DNA of 64,000 nucleotides from Eledone cirrhosa (taxonomy: Eukaryota). Below the pieces are notes generated by a model that was given only the letters and a program-made list of their open reading frames with translations, made no database searches and was not told where the DNA came from. The position numbers and the translations under genes are program-made. The DNA lies in contig OZ024760.1 in the NCBI GenBank assembly GCA_964016885.1, positions 9,734,001 to 9,798,000 of the forward strand. The letters are read 5' to 3'. Below, piece by piece: positions 26,077-39,399 of the stretch. Each line of letters opens with the position of its first letter. Position 1 is the first letter of the stretch.

Positions 26077-28268
26077 TGGTGGTGGTGGTGGTGGTGGTGG
26101 TGGTTGGTAGTGGTGGCGGTGGTGGTGGTGGTGGTTGGTGGTGGTGGTGGTGGTGGTGTGGGGGGTAGTGGTGGTTGGTGGTGATGGTGGTGGTGGTGGT
26201 TGGTGGTGGTGGTGTGGGGGGGTAGTGGTGGTTGGTGGTGATGGTGGTGGTGGTGGTTGGTGGTGGTGGTGTGGGGGGGTAGTGGTGGTTGGTGGTGATG
26301 GTGGTTGGTGGTGGTGATGGTGGTGGTGGTGTGGGGGGGGGGGTAGTGGTGGTTGGTGGTGATGGTGGTTGGTGGTGGTGATGGTGGTGGTGATGTGGGG
26401 GGGTAGTGGTGGTTGGTGGTGATGGTGGTGGTGGTGGTTGGTGGTGGTGGTGTGGGGGGGTAGTGGTGGTTGGTGGTGATGGTGGTTGGTGGTGGTGATG
26501 GTGGTGGTGATGTGGGGGGGTAGTGGTGGTTGGTGGTGATGGTGGTGGTTGGTAGTGGTGGTGGTGGCGGTGTGGGGGGTAGTGGTGGTTGGTGGTGATG
26601 GTGGTGGTGATGGGGGGGGGGGGGGTTAGTGGTGGTTGGTGGTGATGGTGGTGGTGGTGGTGGTGATGGTGGTGGTGATGTGGGGGGGTAGTGGTGGTTG
26701 GTGGTGATGGTGGTGGTGATGGTGGTGGTGATGTGGGGGGGTAGTGGTGGTTGGTGGTGATGGTGGTGGTTGGTAGTGGTGGTGGTGGCGGTGTGGGGGG
26801 GTAGTGGTGGTTGGTGGTGATGGTGGTGGTGATGGTGGTGGTGATGTGGGGGGTAGTGGTGGTTGGTGGTGATGGTGGTGGTGGTGGTGATGGTGGTGGT
26901 GATGTGGGGGGGTAGTGGTGGTTGGTGGTGATGGTGGTGGTGGTGGTGATGGTGGTGGTGATGTGGGGGGGTAGTGGTGGTTGGTGGTGATGGTGGTGGT
27001 TGGTAGTGGTGGTGGTGGCTGTGTGGGGGGTAGTGGTGGTTGGTGGTGATGGTGATGGTGGTGGTGATGTGGGGGGTAGTGGTGGTTGGTGGTGGTGGTG
27101 GTGGTTGGTAGTGGTGGTGGTGGCGGTGTGTGTGTGGGGGGGGGGGGGGGGGTAGTGGTGGTTGGTGGTGATGGTGGTGGTGGTGGTGATGGTGGTGGTG
27201 ATGTGAGGGGGTAGTGGTGGTTGGTGGTGATGGTGGTGGTGGTGGTTGGTGGTGGTGGTGTGGGGTGTAGTGGTGGTTGGTGGTGATGGTGGTGGTGATG
27301 GTGGTGGTGATGTGAGGGGGTAGTGGTGGTTGGTGGTGATGGTGGTGGTGGTGGTTGGTGGTGGTGGTGTGGGGGGTAGTGGTGGTTGGTGGTGATGGTG
27401 GTGGTGGTGGTGATGGTGGTTGGTTGTTGGTGGTGGTGGTGGTGGTGGTGGTGATGTGTGTTGGGGGAGGGTTAGTGGTGGTGGTACGGGGGGTAGTGGT
27501 GGTGGTGATGATGGTGGTGATGGTAGTGGTGATGATGATGGTGGGGATGGTGGTAGTGATGGTGGGGATGGTGGTGGTGGTGGTGGTGGTGATGATGGTG
27601 GTCGCGGTGGTGATGGTGGGGTAGTGTTGGTGGTGGTGGTGGAGATGGTTGTAATGGTAATGGTTGTGGTGGTGGTAATGGTAGTGGTGGTGGTGGTGGT
27701 GTTAGTGACGATGGTGGTGGTGTTGTTAGTAGTAATAGTAGTTGTGGTGGTTGTGGTGGTGGTTGTTGTTGTGGTGGTTGTGGTGGTGGTGGCAGGATGG
27801 TGGTGGTGGTGGTGGTGTTAGTGCTAATAGTGGTGGTGGTTGCGGTGATGGTGGTGGTGGTTTTGGTTGTGGTGGTGGTTGTGGTGGTGGTGTTGGTATT
27901 AGTGGTAATGGTGATGGTAGAGGTGAGTGTGGTGGTGGTGATGGTGGTATTGGTAACAGTAGTGGTGGTGGTGGTAGTGGTGGTGGTAGAGGAGGTTGTG
28001 GTGCTGGTTGTGGTGGTGGTGGTAACAGTAGTGGTGGTGGTGGTGGTAGTGGTGATGGTGGTAGTGGTGGTGGTAGTGGTGGTGGTGTTGGTGATATTAG
28101 TGGTAATGGTGATGGTAGAGGTGGTTGTGGTGGTGGTGGTAACAGTGGTGGTGGTGGTGGTGGTGGTAGATGTGGTGGTGGTGGTAACAGTAGTGGTGGT
28201 GGGGGTGGTAGATGTGGTGGTGGTGGTGGTGGTAGACGTGGTGGTGGTGGTGGTAGATGTGGTGGTGG
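26077..28268. repeat. (GGT)n-type tract with G-runs and a higher-order module
   Basis: Recurring GTGGGGGGTAGTGGTGGTTGGTGGTGATGG module in 26150-27420. Confidence 0.95.
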
Positions 28269-28513
28269 AGTTATGTGATGAAATATGAGGTGAGCTTCAA
28301 TAAAACTAAAAGTAGAAAATAAAGTAAACTTCCAAACAATATTTAGAGAGATAAGTTAATTTCATTCATGAATCTTTTTTTACAGTTTTAATCTATTCTG
28401 ACAATTTTTGTTCTAGCTTGTCTCTTATGTATGTCTCGCTGGATTTGTAAAAATTAGCTATGTATGTATATATATATATATATATATATATGCGTATATA
28501 TATATATATATGC

Positions 28514-28550
<37 letters not shown>

Positions 28551-28553
<3 letters not shown>

Positions 28554-28900
28554 TCATCATCATCATCATCATTTCATTTTACGTCCACGTTTCCCTGCTT
28601 GCAAGGGTGGGACGGGAACTGATTCTGGCTTGATTTCTACAGCTGGATGCCCTTCCTAACACCAACCTCATTTACAGTGAGTGCTGGGTGCTTTTTTGCC
28701 GTGGCACCTCCACGACCACTTTGCAGTGGAATGATAGGGACCCCAGTCCCTATCATCTCATTTCTACAGCTGAGTAAACTGGAGCAATGTGAAATAAAGT
28801 GTCTTGCTCAAGGAAACAACACATCACCCGGTCTGAGAATTGAACTCACAACCTTTCGATTGCAAGGCCAATGCTCTAACCACTAAGCCATGTGTCTCCA
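28551..28900 (-). mobile_element. tRNA-derived SINE family B, full length
   Basis: Head TGGCTTAGTGGTTAGAG..GAGTTCAATTC, TCCTTGAGCAAGACACTT domain, AGGAAGGGCATCCAGC domain, RTE-like tail plus (ATG)n. Confidence 0.9.
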
Positions 28901-28953
28901 TATATGCGTATATATATATATATATATATAAGCGTATATATATATATATAAAC

Positions 28954-29005
<52 letters not shown>

Positions 29006-29068
29006 GCGTATATATGTGTGTGTATATATATATATCATATATATATATATATATATATGAGTGTGTGT

Positions 29069-29453
29069 GTATAGTGGTTAGAACATTGGGCTTGCAATCG
29101 AAAGGTTGTGAGTTCAATTCTCAGACCTAGTGATGTGTTGTGTCCTTGAGCAAGACACTTTATTTCACATTGCTCCAGTTTACTCAGCTGTAGAAATGAG
29201 ACAATAGGGACTGGGGCCCCTATCATTCCACTGTAAAGTGGTCGTGGAGGTGCCACGACAAAAAATCACCCAGCCCACACTGTAAAGTGGACGTAGAGGA
29301 GCAACAGAAAAAAAAAAGCACCCACCACTCACTGTCAATGAGGTTGGTGTTAGGAAGGGCATCCAGCTGTAGAAATCAAGCCAGAATCAGTTCCCGTCCC
29401 ACCCTTGCAAGCAGGGAAAAGCGAACATAAAATGATGATGATGATGATGATGA
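29069..29453 (+). mobile_element. SINE family B
   Basis: Inverted partner of 28551-28900. Confidence 0.9.
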
Positions 29454-29477
29454 TAATATATATATATATATACATGA

Positions 29478-29768
29478 ATATATAATTGGTGTGGGATGCT
29501 TAAAGCGTCCGTATGCGGTAGGCCGCTTGAACACTCGATGCTTTTACAGAGCAGAGTATAATATCACATAAGAAATGGAGAATCAGTGGTGTGACGAAGC
29601 AGAGTTTCCTTCGAAGAATCAAGACGTATTTGAAGATCTTGCGATTTCAGAGTCAGGTTCGATCGTTACATCGATCGTGCCTTAAGCTGGTCGCCAGAGA
29701 AACGATTGTAATATGTCTAATAAATTCTAATTCATCGCACCACTGATTCTCCGTTTCTTATGTGATAC
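29478..29768. mobile_element. (TA)n-embedded element with 37-bp inverted arms
   Basis: 29562-29598 pairs with 29731-29767; shares ACTC(A/G)AT..GCAGAGTATAA end motif with 58043-58243; no intact ribozyme seen. Confidence 0.55.
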
Positions 29769-29769
29769 A

Positions 29770-29804
<35 letters not shown>

Positions 29805-29808
<4 letters not shown>

Positions 29809-30190
29809 AGAGAAATGAAGCAAGCATGCTCCGTTGGATGTGCAATGTCAATGTGCGTGAACGACCAAGCATAAACGAGTTGAGAAAGAAACTGGGTATA
29901 AGATGGATACATTGTGGTGTGCAAGAGAGAAGGCTGAGATGGTATGGACATGCGATGCGCATGGAGGATGCCCGATGGGTGAAGAAGTGCCAGGAAGTCC
30001 CAGTGGAAGGGAGACGCAGTAGAGGTAGACCACAAAAAACATGGGCGGAGCTGGTGAGAGTAGACCTCAGATCACTGAAACTCACCGAGGAGATGACAAA
30101 GGACCGTGACAGGTGGAGAGATGCTGTGCTGAATAGGACCCATCCAACCCTTGCAGGCAGGGAAAAGCGGACATAAAATGATGATGATGA
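29805..30190 (+). mobile_element. RTE-clade LINE 3' end (5'-truncated, open frame)
   Basis: ERNEASMLRWMC...RRLRWYGHAMRM...GRRSRGRPQKTW...DRDRWR; (ATG)n tail. Confidence 0.92.
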
Positions 30191-30880
30191 TATACATAAT
30201 ATTTACAAATCCAGAGAGTCATGCATAATTTATATATCATCATCATCATCATTGTTTATAGAGAGATAGACAGATAGATATATATAATCACCACCACTGT
30301 TTAACAGCCATTTTTCCATGGTAGCATGGGTTAGACGAATTGTCCTGTAGTGAGCAATGCCAGGTCAGTTTAATATGTCTTGCTCATACAGAACTGATTA
30401 TACGTAGCTATATATATATATATAAACATATCAAACTTAATCCAAAATCTCAATTTGTGGGGATATAAGCAAAACCGACTAAAATAAATCAATTTTACTT
30501 GTATTGTTCCCTGACCATGGTTTCTGGAAATCAAGAAACAATATTGATTATTTCAAAACATTGGAACAACCAATATTGGAAGATTTTAAATTCCATCTTC
30601 AGGGAAAGAATTCTTTGGAATAAGAGTAGATATTGAATATAAAGCATACAGATCATGTCATTGCTGATATCACATGGTGTCCAATGCTTTGCTTTGGTGT
30701 ATTAGGACAATATGATGGTCTTCTAGTGATGCTGGAAAAGGCAGCCAAATCCGTCTAAATATACTCAACATTTATATATTATATAAACACATTGAACTAT
30801 TCCTTTTTCTTAAAAACTGACAATTGCTATCACTCTAATTCTCTACTATCCTTTGAGAATTCTTTGTATAATTTTATCTT

Positions 30881-30921
<41 letters not shown>

Positions 30922-31324
30922 CATACTTTGGGAGGGTCATGTTGTTATACTTTGGGAGGGTCATGCTGCCAATAAAAACACACACACACCTGTTGGTTTT
31001 CACTTCAATTTGTTAGAAATTTCCGGTTGGTTGGTTCGATAACCAGAGGGTTGTTTAATATATTGTCAACGCCCTTTCATCACACATTCTGTGACCTCCT
31101 CAACAAATGGGTTTTTTATTTTGTGTCTCTCCTTTGTTCTATCCTACACCATCTGACTTTTGTGTTGTGTGCTTGATTTGAGTATGCGTTACATCCGGGC
31201 TTTAGTGTGTTTTTATTTATTTATTTATGTGTTTATTTACTTTTCATTAGTTGTTTGTTCTGTCAGTGTGTGTCTGATTTGTTTTGTTTGGTTTTTATGT
31301 GAGTCTGTATGTCTTATTTTGTCC

Positions 31325-31900
31325 TTAATTACTAGTTGTGAAGTTGCTATTCCACTCATGTTTTCTGTTTAATTTTGGTGGGAGTTCATTTATATTTGTT
31401 GCCTCTGTGATTTGCCTGAACATTGCATCTTTTCTCTGTGTGGATATAATTTTTATCTCTATGTTCTTTAATGTGCCCCTATGCTCTATGCTGACATGTT
31501 GGTGGAGTTCTGATGGGTTTTCCCCATCTTGGAGTTCTTGTGTTCACTTATCCTTTCTCCTATGCTATGGTATGTTCTTATTCCTACACTGTCCCTCAGT
31601 ACATTTTATGCTATATACTACATTCCTAGTTTTGCAGTTAGTTTGCAGGCTTAGCTTGCAGACTATACATTTCCTATCAGTACAGGGAGATCTTTGAAAT
31701 GTAAGATAGGGGATGTATTGATGAACACTACACTCTGGTATTCATACCATGAGTTGATTTTATTTGTCTTTTTCTTAATCCTTCCTATCTTATTCCAAAA
31801 CTTACTCCTATACATGGGGCAAGTCCTATTTGCATCATTTTCTACAATCTTTGCCTATTTGGTCCTGGCTCCTTTATATACCTTGATCTTGCCTCTCTGA
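31325..31900 (-). mobile_element. Penelope-like element remnant (Cys-rich linker plus GIY-YIG endonuclease, frameshifted)
   Basis: PCTDRKCIVCK..NCKTRNVVYSIKCTEGQC / SIGERISEH / FRQITEATNINELPPKLNRKHEWN* across frameshifts. Confidence 0.85.
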
Positions 31901-31936
31901 TTCTGTATGTAAATGTGTGCGTGTATACCTATTTAT

Positions 31937-32020
<84 letters not shown>

Positions 32021-32250
32021 CTTGTAATGAAAACACGTTCTTTTTGTGTATTCTCTCCTCTATATTTTGAAGAGCCCAGAAAGACTTCCTTGAGCTCAAG
32101 ATTGGTCAGGTGACCATGTCTCACTCGTATACATATATATATACATACATAAATATATATTCACAGATAACTATATAGAGATAGTAAGGAAATATATATA
32201 TATCATTGTTTAATGTCCATTTTTCCATGCTAGCATGGAATATATATACA

Positions 32251-32295
<45 letters not shown>

Positions 32296-32311
32296 ATGTA
32301 TATATATGTAT

Positions 32312-32659
32312 ATCATCATCATCATCATCATTTCATTTTACGTCCGCTTTTCCCTGCTTGCAAGGGTAGGACGGGAACTGATGCTGGCTTGATTTCTACA
32401 GCTGGATGCCCTTCCTAACACCAACCTCATTTACAGTGAGTGCTGGGTGCTTTTTTGCCGTGGCACCTCCACAACCACTTTACAGTGGAATGATAAGGAC
32501 CCCAGTCCCTATCATCTCATTTCTACAGCTGAGTAAACTGGAGCAATGTGAAATAAAGTGTCTTGCTCAAGGAAACAACACATCACCCAGTCTGAGAATT
32601 GAACTCACAACCTTTCGATTGCAAGGCCAATGCTCTAACCACTAAGCCATGTGCCTCCA
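32312..32659 (-). mobile_element. SINE family B, full length
   Basis: Near-identical to 28551-28900. Confidence 0.9.
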
Positions 32660-32989
32660 TATATATATATATATATATGTAAATGTATACATATATATCT
32701 ATAGAAGAGAGAGGGAGAAAAAGAGAGAGAGAGAGAGTGAGGGGGGAGAGAGGACTAGATATAGAGAGTAAGGGGTACTAAACACATCACTGCTTATATT
32801 CCATCACTCGCCAGTTTTTATCATATTTATTATTGCCAATAATTCATAGTTATGTCACTCTAACAACTGCAGAACACATGTAGATACGTGTAGACACGCA
32901 CATGTGGGGGAAGAGTGTGTGGGTGAGTGTATGTTTTGCATGTGACTAAGTGTATTTATGTATACTAACAAGATATTGGGTATAGGAAG

Positions 32990-33068
<79 letters not shown>

Positions 33069-33296
33069 TGTGTGTGCGTGTGTGTGTGCTTGTGTGTTAA
33101 TAGATATAAAGACTGCTTTACTTCCCAAAGACATGGGTCTACTTCCCATATTTCAATTTATTAAATAACAACTAAAAGAAATCATGTTTTAGTTTAGCAG
33201 AAGTCATTTCTATAATAATAATAATAATAATAATAATATATATATATACACACATCATCATCATTTAACGTCCATCTTTCATGCTAGCATGATATA

Positions 33297-33350
<54 letters not shown>

Positions 33351-33411
33351 TAAATACAGCAACATCTTTAATGACAATAATTTTTCTCTGACAAGTCTTA
33401 CAAGTGCATCT

Positions 33412-34028
33412 CTACTGTAGAATATATACACACGTATATGTCTACCTACTGTAGAATATATACACACGTATATGTCTACCTACTGTAGAATATATACACA
33501 CATATATGTCTACCTACTGTAGAATATATACACACGTATATGTCTACCTACTGTAAAATATATACACACGTATATGTTATCCTACTGTAGAATATATACA
33601 CACGTATATGTCTACCTACTGTAGAATATATACACACGTATATGTCTACCTACTGTAGAATATATACACACGTATATGTCTACCTACTGTAGAATATATA
33701 CACACGTATATGTCTACCTACTGTAGAATATATACACACGTATATGTCTACCTACTGTAGAATATATACACACGTATATGTCTACCTACTGTAGAATATA
33801 TACACACATATATGTCTACCTGCTGTAGAATATATACACACATATATGTCTACCTGCTGTAGAATATATACACACATATATGTCTACCTACTGTAGAATA
33901 TATACACACATATATGTCTACCTACTGTAGAATATATACACACATATATGTCTAGCTACTGTAGAATATATACACACGTATATGTCTACCTACTGTAGAA
34001 TATATACACACATATATGTCTACCTGCT
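33412..34028. repeat. 34-bp minisatellite (about 18 units)
   Basis: CTACTGTAGAATATATACACACGTATATGTCTAC. Confidence 0.95.
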
Positions 34029-34669
34029 GTATCATAAATGTACTTAAAGACGAAACACTGTAAGAATTAAATATTGTTTTTAAATGTCTTGCTTTCTCCT
34101 CCATATAATTTTGATGGATACCTTTGGTTATTATTTCCATTTGTAATTCCTTTAAAAGATAATTAACCTTTGAAACCGTATGTTGGATTGACTGAAAATT
34201 GCTTCAAGGTTTGTTTGTATCAACATATTTATTCCTTTAGATGCCTGCTCTTATACACATGCATACAAACACACAGACACACACATACTCATCTTCACAC
34301 AAAATGTTTTTCCAAATAATGGTTATATTTCACTTGTTAATGGAATTCAGACATGTCTGCTCTACATCTATTTTAGACCAATTTTATGATCCATTTTTCA
34401 TAATCATCTGAAGAGAGGAGATAAGAAGCTCAGAAAAACAATTTGGATGGTTCCAGCTTCCTGAATATATTAAATATATATATGTGTGTATGTATATACA
34501 TATATATATGGGAAAAAAGTCATCAGTACTCCACCAACATGCCAAAATAGAACATTTCTGCTGGGCTCTTTGAAAACTAGGAGTAGATGAGAGTAGTTGT
34601 GATAGCTATACAAGCCATATATACAGGAAGTCAGCAAGGTTAGAATTAACAATGAATATAGTCAAGAAT

Positions 34670-35760
34670 TTAGCGTAAAAGTATGTGTTCATCAAGGTTC
34701 CGTCCTTAGCCCCCTCCTGTTTATTTTTGCCCTACTGGCTATAACAGAAGAGTTTAAGACTGGCTGCCCATGGGAACTTCTGTATGCAAATGATCTAACT
34801 CTCATAGCTGAATCTAAGAAATTCCAAACGTGGAAGGATGACCTAGAATCAAAAGGCCTTAAAGTTAACTTGTCTAAGACTAAAGTTTTAGTATGTAGAA
34901 AGAAGAGTAGGGCACAGTTACCCTCTGAGAAATGGCCATGCTCAGTGTGTAAGAAAGGAGTTGGCAGAAACTCCATTCTATGCCCCAAATGCAAACTATG
35001 GGTACATAAAAGATGTAGTGGGATCACAGGTAAGCTATCTAAGAATGTAGATTTTATATGTGGCTGATGCTCAGGTGCAGTAAGTAGCAAGGACCCACTG
35101 GATGCTATCTCCTTCAACTGCCCAGATGGTTCTATAGAAATAGTGAACACTTTCCATTACCTGGATGACAAATTTAGCAGTGGAGGAGGGTGTTCTGAAA
35201 GTGTAGTAGCCAGAGTTAGAACAGAATGGAAAAAGTTCAGAGAGCTTACACCGCTGTTGGCCACAAAAGGTTTCTCTCTAAAAATGAAAGGCAGACTGTA
35301 GGATGCTTGTATACGAACAGCAATATTATATGGTAGTGAGACCTGGGCATTATGTGCAGAGGACCTGAGAAGATTAGAAAGAAATGAAGCTTGCATGCTC
35401 CGATAGATGCGTAAAAGTAATGTGCGCGAATGCCAAAACATAAATAAATTGAGAGAGAGAGACTAAGCATAAGAGGTATCAAATGTTGTGTTCTGGAAGA
35501 GGAGATTGCGATGGTATGGACATGTGATGCATATGAAGGACGACAGCTGTATAAAAAAGTGCACAGCAATGAAAATTGATGGAAGCTACGGAGTGAGTAG
35601 ACCAAGAAAAACCTGGGACGAGGTGATAAACACTGACCTTGCTCACTTGAACCTCTCTAAGACAATGACACTGGATCGAGATCTTTGGCGCCATGCAGTT
35701 GTACAGAAGATCCAAGACCTGACTGCCATTGCATACAAACCTACAGTCAGTAGACACCTC
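34670..35760 (+). mobile_element. Decayed RTE-clade LINE (RT, Cys-finger insert, C-terminus)
   Basis: VHQGSVLSPLLF, ELLYANDL (YADD-like), WPCSVCKKGVGRNSILCPKCKLWVHKRC, ILYGSETW, RRLRWYGHV; stops and frameshifts. Confidence 0.92.
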
Positions 35761-35819
35761 TTAACCCAATATACAGCCCACCCCACACTCCCTACACTAT
35801 CCTCCCCCATCCTTCCTCT

Positions 35820-36116
35820 GTAAAGTTATGTTGGTATCACAGAATATCCAGTCCAAACTAAAGAGGCCATGTAGGTGTCACAACAAAAAAAGCACCCAGT
35901 CCACGCTGTAAAGTAGTCGTGTAGGAGACATGATAAAGAGGCTCCCAGTCCACACTGTAAACATGGTTGGCATTAGGAAGGGCATCCAGCCGTAGTAAAC
36001 CTGCCAGATACAGCCCTATACGAGCGAGATATGGTCACCCGACCAATCTTCGATCAAGTGGGACAAACCTGTCTAACCCATGCTAGCGTGGAAGATAGAC
36101 ATTAAACGATGATATT

Positions 36117-36148
<32 letters not shown>

Positions 36149-36430
36149 TATTTCACATTGCTCCAGTTTACTCAGCTGTAGAAATGAGATGATAGGGACT
36201 GGGGTCCCTATCATTCCACTGCAAAGTGGTCGTGGAGGTGCCACAGCAAAAAAGCACCCAGCCCACACTGTAAAGTGGTCGTATAGGCACCATGAAAAAA
36301 AAAAAGCACCCAGCACTCACTGAAGTTGGTGTTAGGAAGGGCATCCAGCTGTAGAAATCAAGCCAGAATCAGTTCCCGTCCCACCCTTGCAAGCAGGGAA
36401 AAGTAGACGTAAAATGATGATGATGATGAT

Positions 36431-36432
<2 letters not shown>
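35820..36432 (+). mobile_element. Two 5'-truncated family-B-related SINE bodies
   Basis: AGGAAGGGCATCCAGC domain at about 35975 and 36333. Confidence 0.8.
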
Positions 36433-36483
<51 letters not shown>

Positions 36484-36542
36484 TATGTTGATTTAAAACT
36501 GCACTATTCACAAGTGTTTTTAACCTTCATATCATGTCCTCC

Positions 36543-36613
36543 TGTTTTATCTGATGAAAACACAAATGTTATTGCATGATGATATTCGTTTTTGAAATGC
36601 GCATAATAAAATA
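36543..36613 (+). ncRNA. Type I hammerhead ribozyme
   Basis: TGTTTTAT-CTGATGA(36551)-stem II-GAAA(36594)-TGCGCA-TA-ATAAAATA; stem III is the palindrome ATGCGCAT; inside element 36486-36650. Confidence 0.82.
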
Positions 36614-36873
36614 CATGGAACTCTTTTAACAATCTTTTGATCTTATATATTATGTATACTCCAGTCCTACAAACTGTAGAGTGCTTCTTATCCGATATCT
36701 GCATTGCTTTATTGTACTACAATAAAACTAACCTCCTACATATATATATATATAATCATCATCATCATCATCATCATTTTACGTCCATTTGCATGGCAGG
36801 TTTTCTACAGCTGGAGGCCCTTCCTATCACCAATCACTTTACAGAGTGTACTGGGTGCATTTATCATGTAGAC

Positions 36874-37530
36874 CAGTGGTCTCCAACCTATTTCATACCA
36901 CAGACCGGCTTCATGCCGGACAATCTTTCCTTGGACCGGTAGTTGCACATATGTGTCATTTAAATATATTTCATTAAAGGAAGCCATAAAAAAAAGAACA
37001 ATTTATTGAAGGGAAGAAAAAGTATATATTCGTTTGACTCTCATGTAAATCTTTTAAAATTAAAGTCCAATATTCAATTTATCATCATCATCATCATTTC
37101 ATTTTACGTCCGCTTTTTCCCTGCTTGCAAGGGTGGGACGGGAACTGATACTGGCTTGATTTCTACAGCTGGATGCCCTTCCTAACACCAACCTCATTTA
37201 CAGTGAGTGCTGGGTGCTTTTTTGCCGTGGCACCTCCACGACCACTTTGCAGTGGAATGATAGCGACCCCCAGTCCCTATCATCTCATTTCTACAGCTGA
37301 GTAAACTGGAGCAATGTGAAATAAAGTGTCTTGCTCAAGGACACAACACATCACCCGGTCTGACAATTGAACTCACAACCTTTCGATTGCAAGGCCAATG
37401 CTCTAACCACTAAGCCATGTGCCTCCTATCTATTATATAATTTTAAACAAGTCAATTATTTCTTTGTGGCCTGGTAGCAAATGATCCCCGGACTGGTACC
37501 GATCCGCAGCCCGAAGTTTGGGGACCTCTG
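36874..37530. mobile_element. hAT (Charlie-like) MITE interrupted by a SINE
   Basis: TIRs CAGTGGTCTCCAACCT / AGTTTGGGGACCTCTG; 8-bp TSD-like ATGTAGAC / GTGTAAAC. Confidence 0.75.
37081..37426 (-). mobile_element. SINE family B, full length
   Basis: Near-identical to 28551-28900. Confidence 0.9.
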
Positions 37531-38034
37531 GTGTAAACCGCCCATAATAGAGAGGTTGTTGTGCACTTGACACAAATGATAGGTCTTCTCAGCCCTGTGT
37601 TGGCATAGTTTCTACAGCTGGATGCTCTTCCTTTCCCCAGCCATCTTACAGCCTGTACTGGATGCATTTTGTTTGTAGCCCTACCACAATTGAAACTGAC
37701 TTATTTTACCTAAAGGGCCCTGTTAATCTTTTTGACATTGTTTCTATTACTAAAAGTCCTGCCCAATATAAACTGACACACAGAATGTACAGTGTACCCT
37801 CTGTCATGGTGCCAGCACTAGGGAGGTGTTATCAGTCATTAACTGAAGAACATGTCCCACCTCTCTCCAGCCCTCCCATATCCATGCCTGTGTTTGTGTA
37901 TTTATATACTCATACATATAAATGTATGAGTATACATATACACACACACACGTCAGCATATGGAAGACATTTCTAAAACTAACAATAAATCAATTGAATC
38001 CTGACCTTCTGTACTCTAGTATTATGCGTCTGTT

Positions 38035-38210
38035 GGCAGTAATCGGTAGAGCATCATACACCATGCTTTGCGGCATAGAGTTACGGCCCTTTGCGTTCTG
38101 AGTTCAAATTCTGCCTAGGTTAGCTTTGCCTTTCATCCTTACGGGATCAATAAAATAAAGTACCAGTAATGTACTGAGGTTGATTTAATCGACTTTCCAC
38201 TCCCCCAAAA
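38035..38210 (+). mobile_element. SINE family A
   Basis: Same head and body as 2440-2655. Confidence 0.85.
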
Positions 38211-38751
38211 TTATTATGTCTCCAATAAGATCCCCATTCAAGGGTCTCTGGTACTGTGAGGGTTAAGATCCCCATTTAAGGGTTTCTGGTATAAAGGGTT
38301 TTGATGTTGATAGGATGAAGTATTTAGTACACTCTAGAATACATGGTAGCCACAACTCAGCAGAAAGCAGATATTAAGGGTGACTGTGACGATGCTCTAC
38401 CGATTACTGTCAGAAAGCAGATATTAAGGGTGACTGTGGCCTGAGTATATTTGTCATCTTTGTACCGATATTGTAGCTGGGCTTTCATCATCATCATCAT
38501 CATCATCATCATCGTTTAACGTCCATATTCCACGCTTTTATGGGTTTGGACGGGTATTTTCCCACTTGAGGCAAGAGTGGTTGTCTTGCTCGCATAGGAC
38601 TGTCTGGCGGGTTTTCTACGGCTGGATGCCCTTCCTAACACCAACCACATTTACAGTGTGGACTGGGGGGTTTTTACCGTGTTACCTACATTTATATAAT
38701 TCATTTATATAATTAGGTAATTATATTTTGAGTAGTATGTTTTCCATTAGT

Positions 38752-38962
38752 TTAACCCTTTAGCATTTAAACCAGCCATATCCGATCAGAATTCTCTCCT
38801 CTTTCTGTTCAAACCGACCATAACCGATTGCTCATACTTATGTTAAGGCATTGTTCTCAAAATAAATATCAAAATCTCGTAGATTCGATATTATGTGAAG
38901 TAAAGTGTTTACCATGAAAATACAATAGTAAATACAGAGTAATGTAAATGGTAAAGGGTTAG
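38752..38962 (+). mobile_element. piggyBac-type MITE
   Basis: TTAA-CCCTTTAGC...AAAGGG-TTAG. Confidence 0.8.
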
Positions 38963-39019
38963 GCTATGTAGGGTTGTGTAAGGAGAAATTATATCTACAG
39001 AAACTGTAATCACTCTGAC

Positions 39020-39213
39020 CTGCTGAATATGATGAAAAATGGAGACAGAAAGTCAAGGGAATCTATACATGCAGTGTGACCTATTGATTGGTGGGGTCCT
39101 TTTACAGAGTACCACGATAGCATATGACTGTGACCTCATTATAGTGACTGGGGACTTGGTAACCATGGAGTGCATGGTAGATATGGATACGGGGGAAGAG
39201 GTGAGTATAATGA
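39020..39213 (-). other. Candidate exon 2 (194 nt) of minus-strand transcript
   Basis: Strong acceptor TTCTTATATTTTATTTTTCCAG; donor GCAG|GTCAGA; stops in all three frames. Confidence 0.5.
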
Positions 39214-39399
39214 CTGGAAAAATAAAATATAAGAACTGTACACACACACACACACTCACACTCAATAGAAACAGTTGGTACCTAATTTAATTTGTTGTGG
39301 AACTTTAATTACATTTTACAAACATTCCCTACCGCACTCAGTTTAATTGTAACAGTATAAGAGAGAATATGTATTGATATATTAAAAAAGTAATAGATA

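Noticed and set aside
34402-34452. CTGAAGA-GAG..CTC-AGAAA hammerhead-like string
   Set aside because: Extra base before GAAA, no proper NUH or stem III; at best a very old decayed copy
38226-38440. Two short (about 28 bp) direct duplications; a similar 60-bp pair at 45537/45690
   Set aside because: Ordinary local slippage duplications with no further structure
39039-39200. Plus-strand ORF ending at GAG|GTGAGT (possible exon 39108-39200)
   Set aside because: No recognisable protein or partner exons, and it overlaps a better-supported minus-strand exon; not fully excluded
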